Shown here one piece after another: positions 36,230-46,467 of a DNA stretch of 64,000 nucleotides. Both the position numbers and the translations under genes were made by a program. This DNA is from Acidimicrobiia bacterium (GTDB lineage: Bacteria > Actinomycetota > Acidimicrobiia > Spongiisociales > ZC4RG35). Numbering within the stretch: the first letter of the stretch is position 1; the number at the start of each line of letters is the position of its first letter. Location of the stretch: the NCBI GenBank assembly GCA_965203555.1, contig CBDBCY010000004.1, positions 384,001 through 448,000 of the forward strand, written 5' to 3'. The notes below the pieces were generated by a model. It was not told where the DNA came from. It saw nothing but the letters and a program-made list of their open reading frames with translations, and searched no databases.

Positions 36230-37056
36230 ACAGACCACTTCCCCCGACTCTTCCCACCCGGGACACCATCCCCCACCCGCCACCGGACCCCTGCCATCCG
36301 GTTTTCCCACTCTTGCCCCGCGGCATCCCCCTCCTATTTTGGGTTTCCCCTCCCGACCCGCCGCCTCCTTGACCGACCAAAAACCCGGACAGGCGCAGGC
36401 CTACCCGAAACCGAAAGGAGTTCAGCTAACTCGTTGGTTCCCGTGATCGACAAGGCCGCTTTGGACCCCAGCCTGTCGCAGGACGGGAACCACCTGATGA
36501 AGACGATCCGGACCGCACACTTCATGTTTGTATTTGACTCCACTATGCAACAGGCTTGGGACAGTTTTCAAGCGTTGCGCGGCGGTTCTTCAAGGAAAGT
36601 ATCGCGACCCGCCCAGATCCGGCGGGACAGGACGACATGTCACAAGCCCGGGGCAACGGGGATTTCCTGGCGTCCCTTCTGCCGGCTTGGAAGGCGGTGG
36701 CCATGGTGAGCAGCATGGCTATGGCTACTCCCGTGCACAGCACCGGCAATCGTTCCCCGGATCCGTCAGAGCCTCGCCAGAATGGTCTTCGAGGAAGATG
36801 TGTTCGAGAAAGTGCACCGCTACCCATACGGTCATCACGGCCGAGAAAACGCTGATGACCCCGTTGCATCGGTTTCAACTCCAGCTTTTCTGTTCCCATG
36901 CCGGGCGACACAGCCCGCGGTAGGGCAGAATGGTCATTATCACCCAGGGCAAGGAGAGATACCGGTTCTTTCTTGGCGTCACAGGGTTGACGCAACTGCC
37001 GTGATCGAGGTTCTCTGTCATTTCCGACTCGGGGATCCGTTGTCCGACCGGGGGGA

Positions 37057-37704
37057 TCAGGTGGCGAAACGCTCCTCCAGAACGGTGATTGTCTCGGACG
37101 GGGCGATGCCTCGTTCGGCTGCCAGGACCAGGAGGTGATAGAGGAGGTCGGCCATCTCCTCAGCGACTCGCCGGTCGGGTTCCTGTCCGTGAGCATGGTC
37201 CTTGGCGGCCATCAACACTTCCGTGGCCTCCTCCACCAGCTTGCGTCCGGTCATATCCACCCCGCCCTCCAGCAGTCGGGTGGTGTAGGAACCAGAAGGT
37301 CGCCCGGCGGCGCGGGAATCGATCACCTTCCACAACCGCTCCAGCCACATGAACCCCTCTCCGCGGGGACCCTCGTCGAAACAGGTGACGGTATGGCGAT
37401 GACAGGCGGGACCGGCAGGGCGGGCAGAGATCAAGAGCGTGTCGGCGTCGCAATCGGCGGTGATCTTCACCGCCTCCAGCAGGGAGCCGCTGGTGGCGCC
37501 CTTGAGCCACAGTTCACGGCGAGACCGGGACCAGAAGTGGACGTAGCCGGTTTCCAAGGTCAGTGCGTAGGACTCGGAGTTGAGGTAGGCCAGCATCAGG
37601 ATCTGGCCGGTCCGGGCATCCTGGACCACCCCGGGTATCAGTCCCTGGGAATCCCATCGCAGCGCTTCCGCAGGGGGAACGTCGGTCAGGGCGGACTCCC
37701 TCAT
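37057..37704 (-). CDS. hisIE: Phosphoribosyl-AMP cyclohydrolase/phosphoribosyl-ATP pyrophosphatase
   Basis: [49 protein letters not shown]. Confidence 0.95.
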   Translation of the reverse strand: MRESALTDVPPAEALRWDSQGLIPGVVQDARTGQILMLAYLNSESYALTLETGYVHFWSRSRRELWLKGATSGSLLEAVKITADCDADTLLISARPAGPACHRHTVTCFDEGPRGEGFMWLERLWKVIDSRAAGRPSGSYTTRLLEGGVDMTGRKLVEEATEVLMAAKDHAHGQEPDRRVAEEMADLLYHLLVLAAERGIAPSETITVLEERFAT

Positions 37705-38462
37705 GCCAGACGCACCGGCACACCCGCCCGGGCCATGGCCTGCTTGACTTCGATGATCTCGATCTCCCGGCGATGGAAGATGGAAGCGGCCAGGACCGCT
37801 TCCGCTCCGGCCTTCTGGCAGACCTCCACGCAGTGTTGGGGAGTTCCCGCCCCACCGGAGGCGATCACCGGCACTTCGACCGCCTCTGTTACGGCCGCGG
37901 TGAGTTCCAGGTCGTATCCGATCTTGGTCCCGTCCCGGTCCATGGATGTCAACAGAATCTCCCCGGCGCCCAACTCGACTCCCCGTCTCGCCCACTCCAC
38001 CGCATCCCAACCGACCGGCTCCCGGCCTCCCACCACCACCACCTCGAACCCACCGTCGGGGCGGCGCCGGGCATCGATGGCCAGCACCACGCACTGCCGA
38101 CCGAACTGGCGGCGGCACTCTTGGAGCAACCGGGGACGGCGGACGGCGGCGGTATTGATGCTCACCTTGTCGGCGCCGGCCCGAAGCGCTGACTTCATAT
38201 CGGCCGGAGAGCGAATCCCGCCCCCCACCGTGAGCGGAACGAACACCTCCGAAGCGGTATGCCGGACCACATCCCACATGGTGTCCCGGTTCTCGGGGGC
38301 GGCGGCGATGTCGAGGAAACATATCTCATCGGCGCCTTCCTGGGCGTACCGGGCGGCCAACTCGGTGGGATCCCCTTCATCGGTGAGATTTACGAAGTTG
38401 ACGCCCTTCACCACCCGGCCGGCGGCTACATCGAGGCAGGGAATGATCCTTTTGCGAAGCAT
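37701..38462 (-). CDS. hisF: Imidazole glycerol phosphate synthase cyclase subunit
   Basis: [43 protein letters not shown]. Confidence 0.97.
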   Translation of the reverse strand: MLRKRIIPCLDVAAGRVVKGVNFVNLTDEGDPTELAARYAQEGADEICFLDIAAAPENRDTMWDVVRHTASEVFVPLTVGGGIRSPADMKSALRAGADKVSINTAAVRRPRLLQECRRQFGRQCVVLAIDARRRPDGGFEVVVVGGREPVGWDAVEWARRGVELGAGEILLTSMDRDGTKIGYDLELTAAVTEAVEVPVIASGGAGTPQHCVEVCQKAGAEAVLAASIFHRREIEIIEVKQAMARAGVPVRLA

Positions 38463-39094
38463 CAACCGGCCTCGTTTCCGGGCCCGGTCGTCCAGGCACG
38501 ACAGTCCGCCAGGAAATTGGACAGGACCTTGAGCCCGTTGGCGCCGGACCGTTCCGGGTGGAACTGCACCCCCACCCGATGGCCGTCCCGGACGGCCACA
38601 CAGAACCGCCGCCCGTATTGCGTCTCGGCCGTGATCACCCTCGGATCGAGCGGCGCCGGCGCATAGGAGTGAACGAAATAGAAGGTGGGGTCGGGGGGAA
38701 GGCCTCGCCACAGGGAGTCGTCGGCGGTCATCAGCAGATCGTTCCAGCCGATGTGGGGTAGTCGGGGACTCTGTTGCAGCCGCTCCACCCGGCCGGCCAT
38801 CAGCCCCAGACAAGTGCTGTCGTCCTCCGAACTGCCCTCAAAGAACAGTTGCAACCCGACGCAGATTCCCAGCAGGGGTCCGGGCCACTCGATCAGAGGC
38901 TCTACGAACCCGACCTTGTCCAGTCTCTCCATGGCGGCGCCGGTGGTTCCCACCCCGGGGAGCACCACTCCATCGGCGCCTTGGATCTGGAGAGGGTCGA
39001 CGGCCAGGATCGTTTCAGCGCCGGCTCTCTCCAGACCCTGGGTAATCGAGACCAGGTTCCCGGCGCCGTGATCCACCACGGCGACGGTCGTCAA
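38462..39094 (-). CDS. hisH: Imidazole glycerol phosphate synthase amidotransferase subunit
   Basis: [32 protein letters not shown]. Confidence 0.96.
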   Translation of the reverse strand: MTTVAVVDHGAGNLVSITQGLERAGAETILAVDPLQIQGADGVVLPGVGTTGAAMERLDKVGFVEPLIEWPGPLLGICVGLQLFFEGSSEDDSTCLGLMAGRVERLQQSPRLPHIGWNDLLMTADDSLWRGLPPDPTFYFVHSYAPAPLDPRVITAETQYGRRFCVAVRDGHRVGVQFHPERSGANGLKVLSNFLADCRAWTTGPGNEAG

Positions 39095-39678
39095 GTCGTC
39101 CCCTTGGTGGAAGCCACTCCCTGCCGCCGGGGATCGAGGGCCACCGCCTGCCGCAACGCCCGAGCCAAGGCCTTGACGGCCGCTTCCGCCTGGTGATGAT
39201 CGTTGAGCCCGCGCGACCGCAGATGGAGGGTGAAACCGGCGGTGCGGGCCATGGCTTCCAGCGCGTGGGGGAGATTCTGGGTAGTGAGGTTGCCGATCAT
39301 GGGGTTCTGCAACCGAAGGTCGATCACCGCATAGGGACGGCCGCCCACATCCACTGCGGCTGAGCCAAGCGCCTCGTCCATGGGCACCGCCGCGTCACCG
39401 AAACGGCTGATCCCGGCCCGGTCGCCCAAGGCCTCGGCCATTGCCGAACCCAGCACCAGAGCGGTGTCCTCCACCGTGTGATGGTCGTCGATGATCAGAT
39501 CACCCTTGGTGATGACAGTCAGATCGAACAGGGCATGGTGGGCCAGCGACGCGAGCAGGTGATCGAAGAAACCGACTCCGGTGGAGATCTCGGCCTGTCC
39601 CGATCCGTCCAGATCCAGACGAACCTCGACCAGTGTCTCTCGGGTCTCCCTGGTTATGTGTGCGGTTCTGTTCGGCAT
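39091..39678 (-). CDS. hisB: Imidazoleglycerol-phosphate dehydratase
   Basis: TGVGFFDH, DDHHTVED, PMDEAL, NDHHQAE, STKG. Confidence 0.97.
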   Translation of the reverse strand: MPNRTAHITRETRETLVEVRLDLDGSGQAEISTGVGFFDHLLASLAHHALFDLTVITKGDLIIDDHHTVEDTALVLGSAMAEALGDRAGISRFGDAAVPMDEALGSAAVDVGGRPYAVIDLRLQNPMIGNLTTQNLPHALEAMARTAGFTLHLRSRGLNDHHQAEAAVKALARALRQAVALDPRRQGVASTKGTT

Positions 39679-39680
39679 TT

Positions 39681-40991
39681 CTATGCTCCTGGTCCTTGTG
39701 CGCCAAATCGTAATTCGGCGGCCCGACGGTGGGCGGTGAAGCCCTCCACATCAGCCAGGCAGGTGATTATCGGAAGAATCTCGGCCAGGCCATCGCGGGT
39801 GAGACGCTGTTCCTGCCGCCAGGAACCGAAGTCTTCCACCGACAGCGGTCCGTAACAGGCCGCCAAACCACCGGTGGGCAGGACATGATTGGCCCCGGTG
39901 GCGTAGTCTCCCGCCGACTCCGCCGACCAGCGACCCACATACACGGAACCCGCCGCCGTCACCGCCTTGGCGTGAGTTTCCAAGTCGGAGGTGAGCAAAG
40001 AGACGTGCTCGGCGGCGTACTGGTTGGCGAAGGAGATGGCTTGCTCCATATCCGGGGCGATCACCGTCATCCCGTGATTCGCCAAAGCCTCGGCCAGAAT
40101 CTCACTTCGTTCCAGGTCGGCGAGTTGCTCTTCCAGGGCCACCTCCACCCGGGCCGCCAGCTTCGGGTCGGTGGTGACCAGCACAGCCGGAGAATCAGGC
40201 CCGTGCTCGGCCTGGCACAACAGATCGGCGGCCACGAGCCGAGGATCGGCCGCATGGTCGGCCAGCACCAACACTTCCGAAGGCCCGGCGGGCAGATCGA
40301 CCCCGCAGTCCCCGAACACCGCCAGCTTGGCGGCGGTCACCCACTGATTACCCGGACCCACGATTTTCTCCACCGGTCTTACCTGTTCGGTCCCGTAGGC
40401 GAAGGCGGCTACCGCGCCTGCTCCTCCCATCGCCCACACCTCATCAGCCCCGGCCACCCAGCACGCAGCCAGTGTCGCTTCGTTTACCGACCCATCCGAT
40501 CCGGTGGGAGTCCCCACCACCACCTCCGCCACCCCGGCCACCTTGGCGGGGGTCACCGTCATCAAGACAGTGGAGGGATAGGCGGCCTTTCCGCCCGGAA
40601 CGTAGGCGCCTACTCGCTGGAGGGGAGACCAACGACGGGTAATCGAGATACCTGGGAGAGTCTCGGTGTGAGTATCGGAGGGAATCTGGCGGCGGTGAAA
40701 AGCCTCTATCTGGTGGCGAGCCGCCTCCAGGGCGTCCACCACCGCCGGCAGGCGCCGGGCAGACGCTTGCAGTTCCGCCCGGGATATCTGAAAATACCCC
40801 CCTCCATGCCTGCGGGCCAGGTTCTCCATGGCCCGGTCGCCGTCCCGCTGCACTTCCTCGCATATGGCTTGGGCGATCTTGCGCACTTGCGGGTCGGGTA
40901 CCGCCGACCGGCGGCACAAACCGGTGCGCTCGGCCGCGGTCAACTCTGGTAAGCGCACCAGGCGAAGGCGGTTACCCGATGAGTTGCTCAC
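39681..40991 (-). CDS. hisD: Histidinol dehydrogenase
   Basis: YVPGGKAAYPSTVLM, KIVGPGN, PAGPSE, QAEHG, GDYATGANHVLPT. Confidence 0.96.
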   Translation of the reverse strand: MSNSSGNRLRLVRLPELTAAERTGLCRRSAVPDPQVRKIAQAICEEVQRDGDRAMENLARRHGGGYFQISRAELQASARRLPAVVDALEAARHQIEAFHRRQIPSDTHTETLPGISITRRWSPLQRVGAYVPGGKAAYPSTVLMTVTPAKVAGVAEVVVGTPTGSDGSVNEATLAACWVAGADEVWAMGGAGAVAAFAYGTEQVRPVEKIVGPGNQWVTAAKLAVFGDCGVDLPAGPSEVLVLADHAADPRLVAADLLCQAEHGPDSPAVLVTTDPKLAARVEVALEEQLADLERSEILAEALANHGMTVIAPDMEQAISFANQYAAEHVSLLTSDLETHAKAVTAAGSVYVGRWSAESAGDYATGANHVLPTGGLAACYGPLSVEDFGSWRQEQRLTRDGLAEILPIITCLADVEGFTAHRRAAELRFGAQGPGA

Positions 40992-41851
40992 GGGATCAAC
41001 TGTCCCACATCGAGCACCAGAATCCCCCGGGCGCCGGCCTCCTCCAGGCGGGGAAGCAGTTCCCAAAGATCGGAGGCGTCCACCACCGAATGCATAGCCA
41101 CCATGTTCTCCTCGGCCAGGGGGATGACAGTGGGCGCCGACAGCCCCGGGATGATCCGGCTTATCCTCCCGGTGTTGTCGGGGGAGGTGTTGAGGAGCAC
41201 ATAGCGTTTGCGTCGTCCGGCGTTCACGGCCCCCACGGCCGTGACCAGTTGCCGCACCAAGGGATGATCCTTCACATCAGGCAGACCGGCAAGAACTGCC
41301 TGGGACTCCAGGAGGACGCCGATCTCCCGCAATCCGTTGAGCTTGAGGGTGGAGCCGCTGGACACCAGATCCACCACCGCATCCGCCAGCGCAATCTTGG
41401 TAGCCGCCTCCACCGATCCCTTCAGAGCCACCACCTGGGCAGGGATGGAACGCTCGGCCAGAAATCGGACCGTGGCGCGGGGATGGGAAGTGGCGATCCG
41501 CAATCCTCTCAATTCGGCCATAGAGGAGATAGGGGAGGAGTTGGGAACCGCGGCGGCCAGGCGGCAGAATCCGAAATCCAGTTTGGCCAGGGGCTGCAAC
41601 TCGGAATTTCCGTTGGCCTCCTCCATTAGGTCCAAGCCGGTGATTCCCACGTCGGCCACGCCTTCGATAAGCATCCCGGGGATGTCTTCGGTGCGGACCA
41701 GCACCAAGTCCACCTCCACGTTCCTAACCCGCAGAGAGAGCACCCGGTCGGTGACCTCGAAGGACATCCCCGCGTTTTTCAGAAGCCGCAAGGATGGTTC
41801 ACGCAAACGTCCCTTGTTGGGAACAGCCAGCGTGAGCGCTTCTTTGTTCAT
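40988..41851 (-). CDS. hisG: ATP phosphoribosyltransferase, long form
   Basis: AVPNKGRL, GITGLD, GSVE, DLVSSGSTL, C-terminal PG...PTV regulatory domain. Confidence 0.95.
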   Translation of the reverse strand: MNKEALTLAVPNKGRLREPSLRLLKNAGMSFEVTDRVLSLRVRNVEVDLVLVRTEDIPGMLIEGVADVGITGLDLMEEANGNSELQPLAKLDFGFCRLAAAVPNSSPISSMAELRGLRIATSHPRATVRFLAERSIPAQVVALKGSVEAATKIALADAVVDLVSSGSTLKLNGLREIGVLLESQAVLAGLPDVKDHPLVRQLVTAVGAVNAGRRKRYVLLNTSPDNTGRISRIIPGLSAPTVIPLAEENMVAMHSVVDASDLWELLPRLEEAGARGILVLDVGQLIP

Positions 41852-42165
41852 GAGGTTTCTTCCGGTTCCGGCCGGGCTTGCACTCTGGACAGCGCCAGCC
41901 GGTATCCCCCGGTCCCGTGGCGCAGCCACTGGTTGATGCGAGTGATGGTGGCGGTGGCCACCCCGGTGATCGCCGAGATCTCCCGATAGGAGAGACCCCG
42001 GTCAAGTTGGCGGACCACAGCCCAGCGCTGGCTCATGTCGTTCAATTCTCTCAATGTGCAGAGGTCGCGAAAGAACAGCGCCGCTTCATCGACAGTCTTC
42101 AGGGAAAGCATGGCAGTGAAGAGTTCGGCGGTCTCCCGATTTTTCCATGATCCGTCCAAAGTCAT
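41848..42165 (-). CDS. YerC/YecD TrpR-like regulator heading the his operon
   Basis: FFRDLCTLREL..MSQRW...SYREI...TGVATATITRIN..L..GTGGY. Confidence 0.9.
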   Translation of the reverse strand: MTLDGSWKNRETAELFTAMLSLKTVDEAALFFRDLCTLRELNDMSQRWAVVRQLDRGLSYREISAITGVATATITRINQWLRHGTGGYRLALSRVQARPEPEETS

Positions 42166-42202
42166 ATGATCTCAGTCGCTTGGTTTCCAGCCTATGGACT
42201 AA

Positions 42203-42238
42203 TGCGCTATCATGCTAGCACAATAACACAGTAGCACA
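42203..42238. promoter_or_regulatory. Candidate YerC/HisR operator
   Basis: TGCGCTA-N6-TAGCACA palindrome plus a further TAGCACA at 42232-42238, between divergent his transcription units. Confidence 0.45.
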
Positions 42239-42289
42239 AACCGTGAAAAGGATAACACCAACGCCGCCATCGAACCAAAGGGGTTTGCA

Positions 42290-42988
42290 TTGCAGGTGAT
42301 ACCGGCCGTCGACATCCTGGAAGGCCGGGTGGTGAGGTTATTGCACGGCGACTATGGCAGGGTCACCCGCTATTCCGACAATCCGGTGGAAGTAGCGGGA
42401 CAGTGGATGTCCCAAGGCGCCGAACTGGTGCACGTGGTGGATCTGTCCGGCGCCCGATCAGGAGATCCCGACCGTCGTATATGGGAATCGATGGCGGGCG
42501 CCGGAATACCCTTTCAGGTCGGTGGAGGGATCCGTGACTCATCACTGGCCCAGGCTGCGCTTTCGGCCGGGGCCCGGAGAGTCGTGATGGGGACGGCGGC
42601 GGTCTGGAATCCGGATGTCCTGGGGAAAGTGGAACCGGTCGAGCGGGTGGTGGCGGCGCTGGACATCCGGGCGGGCCGGGCCAGGGGAGCGGGGTGGCTG
42701 GACGAGGGTCGTTCCGTCTCGAAGTCCGTGGCCGGTCTGCGCCGGGTCGGAGTGGAGCGGATACTGGTAACGGGGATCGAGCGGGACGGGGCGATGACCG
42801 GGCCGGACCTCGAACTCTTGGCAAAAGTGCAGGCCCTGTCGGACATGGCGGTGATCGCTTCCGGCGGGGTGGGGGATCTCGCCGATCTGGAGGCCGTGGC
42901 GACACTCGGATGCGAAGCGGTGATCGTGGGAAGGGCCCTGTACGAGAGACGCTTCACACTGGCAGAGGCAATCTCCGTCTCTACTTAG
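42290..42988 (+). CDS. hisA: ProFAR isomerase
   Basis: VIPAVDI..GRVVRL, HVVDL, QVGGGIR, TGIERDGAMTGPD, ASGGV, GRALYE. Confidence 0.93.
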   Translation: MQVIPAVDILEGRVVRLLHGDYGRVTRYSDNPVEVAGQWMSQGAELVHVVDLSGARSGDPDRRIWESMAGAGIPFQVGGGIRDSSLAQAALSAGARRVVMGTAAVWNPDVLGKVEPVERVVAALDIRAGRARGAGWLDEGRSVSKSVAGLRRVGVERILVTGIERDGAMTGPDLELLAKVQALSDMAVIASGGVGDLADLEAVATLGCEAVIVGRALYERRFTLAEAISVST

Positions 42989-43803
42989 CCACCGCACCTT
43001 TGACGACGCGCCTCGAACAGCAGAACGGCCGCCGCCGCGCCGGCATTAAGAGAATCGACCGAGCCCGACATGGGAATAAGCACCTGCCGGTCGGCCCCTG
43101 ACAGCCACCGGTCCGACAATCCCGACCTCTCCGATCCGATCACCACCGCCACAGCCCCTCGCAGGTCGACATTCCAACACAACCGGTCCGCCGACGGACT
43201 GGTGGCGACTACCTTCACTCCCTGCTCCCGCAGCCATCTCGATGCCTCCCCGCCGGTAGCCACCGCCAGCGGGAGGGTGAAGAGCGACCCCAGGGAGGCC
43301 CGCACGACGTTGGGATTGAAGATGTCGGTGGCCGGATCGGCCACCACAACCGCCTCGACGCCAGCCGCTTCGGCGGTGCGGAGCATGGCCCCCAGATTGC
43401 CGGGTTTCTCCATCGACTCGACCACCAGCAGCAGGGGACAGGGGCCCAATCGCAACTCCGAAAGAGCCAGGCGCGGCTGGCGCAGCACCGCCAACAGCCC
43501 ATCAGGGTGGCCCCGGTAGGAAATTTTGCGAAATGCCGGCTGCGACAGTTCCACCACCTCCACACTCTCTTCCACCTTCTCCACCAACTCCTCCGCGCCT
43601 TCTGCCGCACAGAGGGAGGGGCACCAATAGACCGTCAGCATCTGATGCTGCCAAGCCAAGGCTCTGTCAACCTCCTTAACCCCCTCCACCAGGAAGACGT
43701 TCTCTCGGTCCCGCCCTCGACGAGTACGCAATCTCACCAGTGATTTGACTCGCCGGTTCCCAGGCGACGAAATGACTTCCCGCCGCCGGCCCATCCCCGT
43801 CAT
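42985..43803 (-). CDS. TrmH/SpoU family RNA methyltransferase
   Basis: EKPGNLGAMLRTA, GSERSGL, IPMSGSVDSLN. Confidence 0.92.
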   Translation of the reverse strand: MTGMGRRREVISSPGNRRVKSLVRLRTRRGRDRENVFLVEGVKEVDRALAWQHQMLTVYWCPSLCAAEGAEELVEKVEESVEVVELSQPAFRKISYRGHPDGLLAVLRQPRLALSELRLGPCPLLLVVESMEKPGNLGAMLRTAEAAGVEAVVVADPATDIFNPNVVRASLGSLFTLPLAVATGGEASRWLREQGVKVVATSPSADRLCWNVDLRGAVAVVIGSERSGLSDRWLSGADRQVLIPMSGSVDSLNAGAAAAVLLFEARRQRCGG

Positions 43804-44789
43804 CAGGTCGCTTTCCCCGGAGTTTTCCATCCCACCCGGTGAATGAACTCACGAAGGCCCACCAGGATCAAGACCGCCCACAGTGGAGCAGCTGGTCCAA
43901 CCGCCTCCGCCATTGGGACGTTGGACGCCGAGGCCCACGAGACTACCAGAAAAGCGATCACCAAACAACGCGCCAGCCTCACCCGTTCCGGTGATATCGC
44001 GTGGTCGGCGCGATCCGTGGGCGACTCCACCTCGATTCGCATCAAGCACAAGGCGGTACCCATTACCAGGCCTCCCGCCAGCAACATGTATTCCAACACC
44101 GACCCCAGCCAGAATCCGGCATCGTCCACCCTGCCGACCAGCAGCGCCGCGGCCGGCAGGCCAGCTGCGACCGCGGTGATGGCCAGCCTTCTCGCCAGGC
44201 CGGATCTGCCGTACGCCAAACACAAAGCGGCCATGACCACTGCACCCACATGAGCACGCCACTGCGGATCAGGCATCCCCAAGAGCGCATAGAAAACCGA
44301 CGCACCGAGTCCCACGGCTCCGGCTATCCACCGGTGGGAGGCGGTAGCCAACGGATAGGTCCAAGTGTCGAGAAACAGGGCGGCGGCCATCGCCATCCCG
44401 GCCCACCAGCCGTTCAGGGTTCCCGCAAAAACGATGGCGCCCATACCCAGCGCACCGGCTTCCCAGCGAGCCGGCGACAGTCCGCTGCCTCCCACCACAA
44501 CCTTGGCGACCAGCAGCATGACGAACAACACTCCCGCCTGCGTCTCCAACACCAGGGCCAGTGCCCCGCCGGCCAGCACCGTCATGTTGGCGGAGGCAGG
44601 ATGGTCGGGATCTATTTCCCGGCACAAAGCCCACGAGAGGTAGGCGGCCAGCCCCGCCTGGACACCTTCGGCCCACCCGCCCAGGACGAAACCCGCCGCC
44701 CCGAAACCGAATAGGGCGATCAGCGCCAGACGGTCGGTGAACCGCTCCGGGTCGAGCGGCCGGGTGATACTCACGCTGAACGTCGGCAT
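43803..44789 (-). CDS. Membrane protein, unknown function
   Basis: 328 aa with many transmembrane helices; WALCREIDPDH; co-oriented and abutting neighbours. Confidence 0.7.
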   Translation of the reverse strand: MPTFSVSITRPLDPERFTDRLALIALFGFGAAGFVLGGWAEGVQAGLAAYLSWALCREIDPDHPASANMTVLAGGALALVLETQAGVLFVMLLVAKVVVGGSGLSPARWEAGALGMGAIVFAGTLNGWWAGMAMAAALFLDTWTYPLATASHRWIAGAVGLGASVFYALLGMPDPQWRAHVGAVVMAALCLAYGRSGLARRLAITAVAAGLPAAALLVGRVDDAGFWLGSVLEYMLLAGGLVMGTALCLMRIEVESPTDRADHAISPERVRLARCLVIAFLVVSWASASNVPMAEAVGPAAPLWAVLILVGLREFIHRVGWKTPGKAT

Positions 44790-45907
44790 CAGGCGAACCG
44801 GTCCGGACTGAGGACGGTGGGATTCAAGCCATGATCAAGCAACCGGGAAGAAACCCCGGAGTCCAGCACCAGCGAGGCGGTCAACTCCCCGGCGGCCGGG
44901 GCGGTCTGGATGCCGGTGCCACCCTGGCCCACCAGCCAGAAGAACCCTTCGGCGTGGGGATCGAACCCGATCACCATCTCCCGGTCGGGAGCGAAGGTGC
45001 GAAGTCCCGTCCAGGATGAACGCACCGAACGGATCCCCAAAGTGGTGGCCTCGTTGATGCGCTCGATGGCCAGGGCAATGTCCAGCGGCTCGGGCCGGGC
45101 GTCGCAGGGAGGGGAGGGATTCTCCTCCGACAGCGAGCACAGCAGTTGGGCGCCGTCGGGCTTGAAGTACCACTCCATAGCCACGCTGGCCACCAGCGGC
45201 CAGTCCCTGTATTTCTCCGACCCCGGCGCCATGAAGACGGTCCGTCTCATGGGAGTGATACCCACCGGAGCTACACCGGCCAGGCGGGCGATCTCATCAC
45301 CCCACGCCCCGGCGGCATTCACCACCACCTCGGCCTGCAGAATCTCTCCACCCGCGGTCACTCTCCACCCTCCCCGAGTCTTCTCCAGGGCCTGGACGGG
45401 GGAAGAAACTCGGATTTGGGTTCCCCGATGCCGGGCCCCCCGTACGAAAGCCTGATGGATGGCGGCCACATCCATGTCGGCGGCGCCCGGTTCCCACACC
45501 GCCGCGGCCAGGCGTTCTTCCCGGAGGGCGGGACAGATCTTTTTGGCCTGCAGCGGTTCCAACCACTCCACCGGCGTACCTGTCTTATTGGCGTCTGCCT
45601 CCCATTCCCTGAGACCCTCTGCCTGGGAGTTTTCACCCACCAACATCCCGCCCCTCTCGGAAAGAAAGGGAAAGTCCGCCAATCCATCGGGAGGGTGATC
45701 GAAGAAACGGCGGCTGGCCATGGTCAGAGGGCGAATACCCGGGGATCCATAGGACTCGAACAACAAGGCGGCCGACCGTCCCGTAGTGTGATAAGCCAGA
45801 GTGGACTCGGCCTCCAGCAATACCACGTCCGCCCGTTCCGCAAGATAGAAGGCCGCGGCGACACCGGCGATCCCGCCTCCTACAACCGCCACCCGCAGGG
45901 CTCTCAC
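44789..45907 (-). CDS. FAD-dependent oxidoreductase (D-amino acid dehydrogenase/DAO family)
   Basis: GGGIAG, HTTGRSAA, WTGLRTFAPD, GQGGTGIQTAPA. Confidence 0.9.
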   Translation of the reverse strand: MRALRVAVVGGGIAGVAAAFYLAERADVVLLEAESTLAYHTTGRSAALLFESYGSPGIRPLTMASRRFFDHPPDGLADFPFLSERGGMLVGENSQAEGLREWEADANKTGTPVEWLEPLQAKKICPALREERLAAAVWEPGAADMDVAAIHQAFVRGARHRGTQIRVSSPVQALEKTRGGWRVTAGGEILQAEVVVNAAGAWGDEIARLAGVAPVGITPMRRTVFMAPGSEKYRDWPLVASVAMEWYFKPDGAQLLCSLSEENPSPPCDARPEPLDIALAIERINEATTLGIRSVRSSWTGLRTFAPDREMVIGFDPHAEGFFWLVGQGGTGIQTAPAAGELTASLVLDSGVSSRLLDHGLNPTVLSPDRFA

Positions 45908-45916
45908 CCCAGGTCT

Positions 45917-46411
45917 CTACAGGTACAGACCGGGCGCCGGCCGATCTTCCCGCTCATGCCGGCCCGCCATCAGTTTGGCTCGTTGGGCGGCCCGGGCCTG
46001 AGCGACCATCTGCTTGGTGACCAAGCTGGCTTGAATACCCTGGAAGAGTCCCTCCAACCACCCGATCAACTGGGCCTGGGCGATGCGTACCTCCGAAGAA
46101 GTCGGAGGGTCGTCCCCCAGCAGCGGTTCGAACATGCGGTCGAACTCGGACAGGAGATGGTCGCCCAACACGTCGCGCAATTCGTGCAGGGAACGATCGT
46201 GAATCTTGGATATGAGGTTGCGCCCGGACTCATCGGGGGTAGCGGTCCGTACTTCCTCCAGGACCGCCTTCGTCATGGTGGCGATCCTGATCAACTTGGC
46301 CGGTTCGGTGACCTCCGCATCCCCGTCATCAGCAGACGAGTCCTCCCCGGCCGGTGAGGCCAAAGTCACTTCTTCCACCAGGTCGGGACGCAGAGTTTGT
46401 TCTGAGGGCAT
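45917..46411 (-). CDS. bpa: Bacterial proteasome activator
   Basis: PAKLIRIA.M...LEEVR, EVRIAQAQLIGWLEGLFQGIQ, C-terminal GLYL. Confidence 0.92.
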   Translation of the reverse strand: MPSEQTLRPDLVEEVTLASPAGEDSSADDGDAEVTEPAKLIRIATMTKAVLEEVRTATPDESGRNLISKIHDRSLHELRDVLGDHLLSEFDRMFEPLLGDDPPTSSEVRIAQAQLIGWLEGLFQGIQASLVTKQMVAQARAAQRAKLMAGRHEREDRPAPGLYL

Positions 46412-46467
46412 AGCTATCAGGCTACCTCGATGACAGGTGCAGGCAAGCCAGGCTCAAGCCACCCGTC

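Noticed and set aside
36405-36510. Hammerhead ribozyme (GAAA and CTGATGA flank a stem)
   Set aside because: Stem II cannot form (A opposite C at the closing pair) and the stem I/III junctions are out of register
36543-36960. Small membrane-protein gene on the minus strand
   Set aside because: Hydrophobic segments fall in different frames with no clear start; too weak to call
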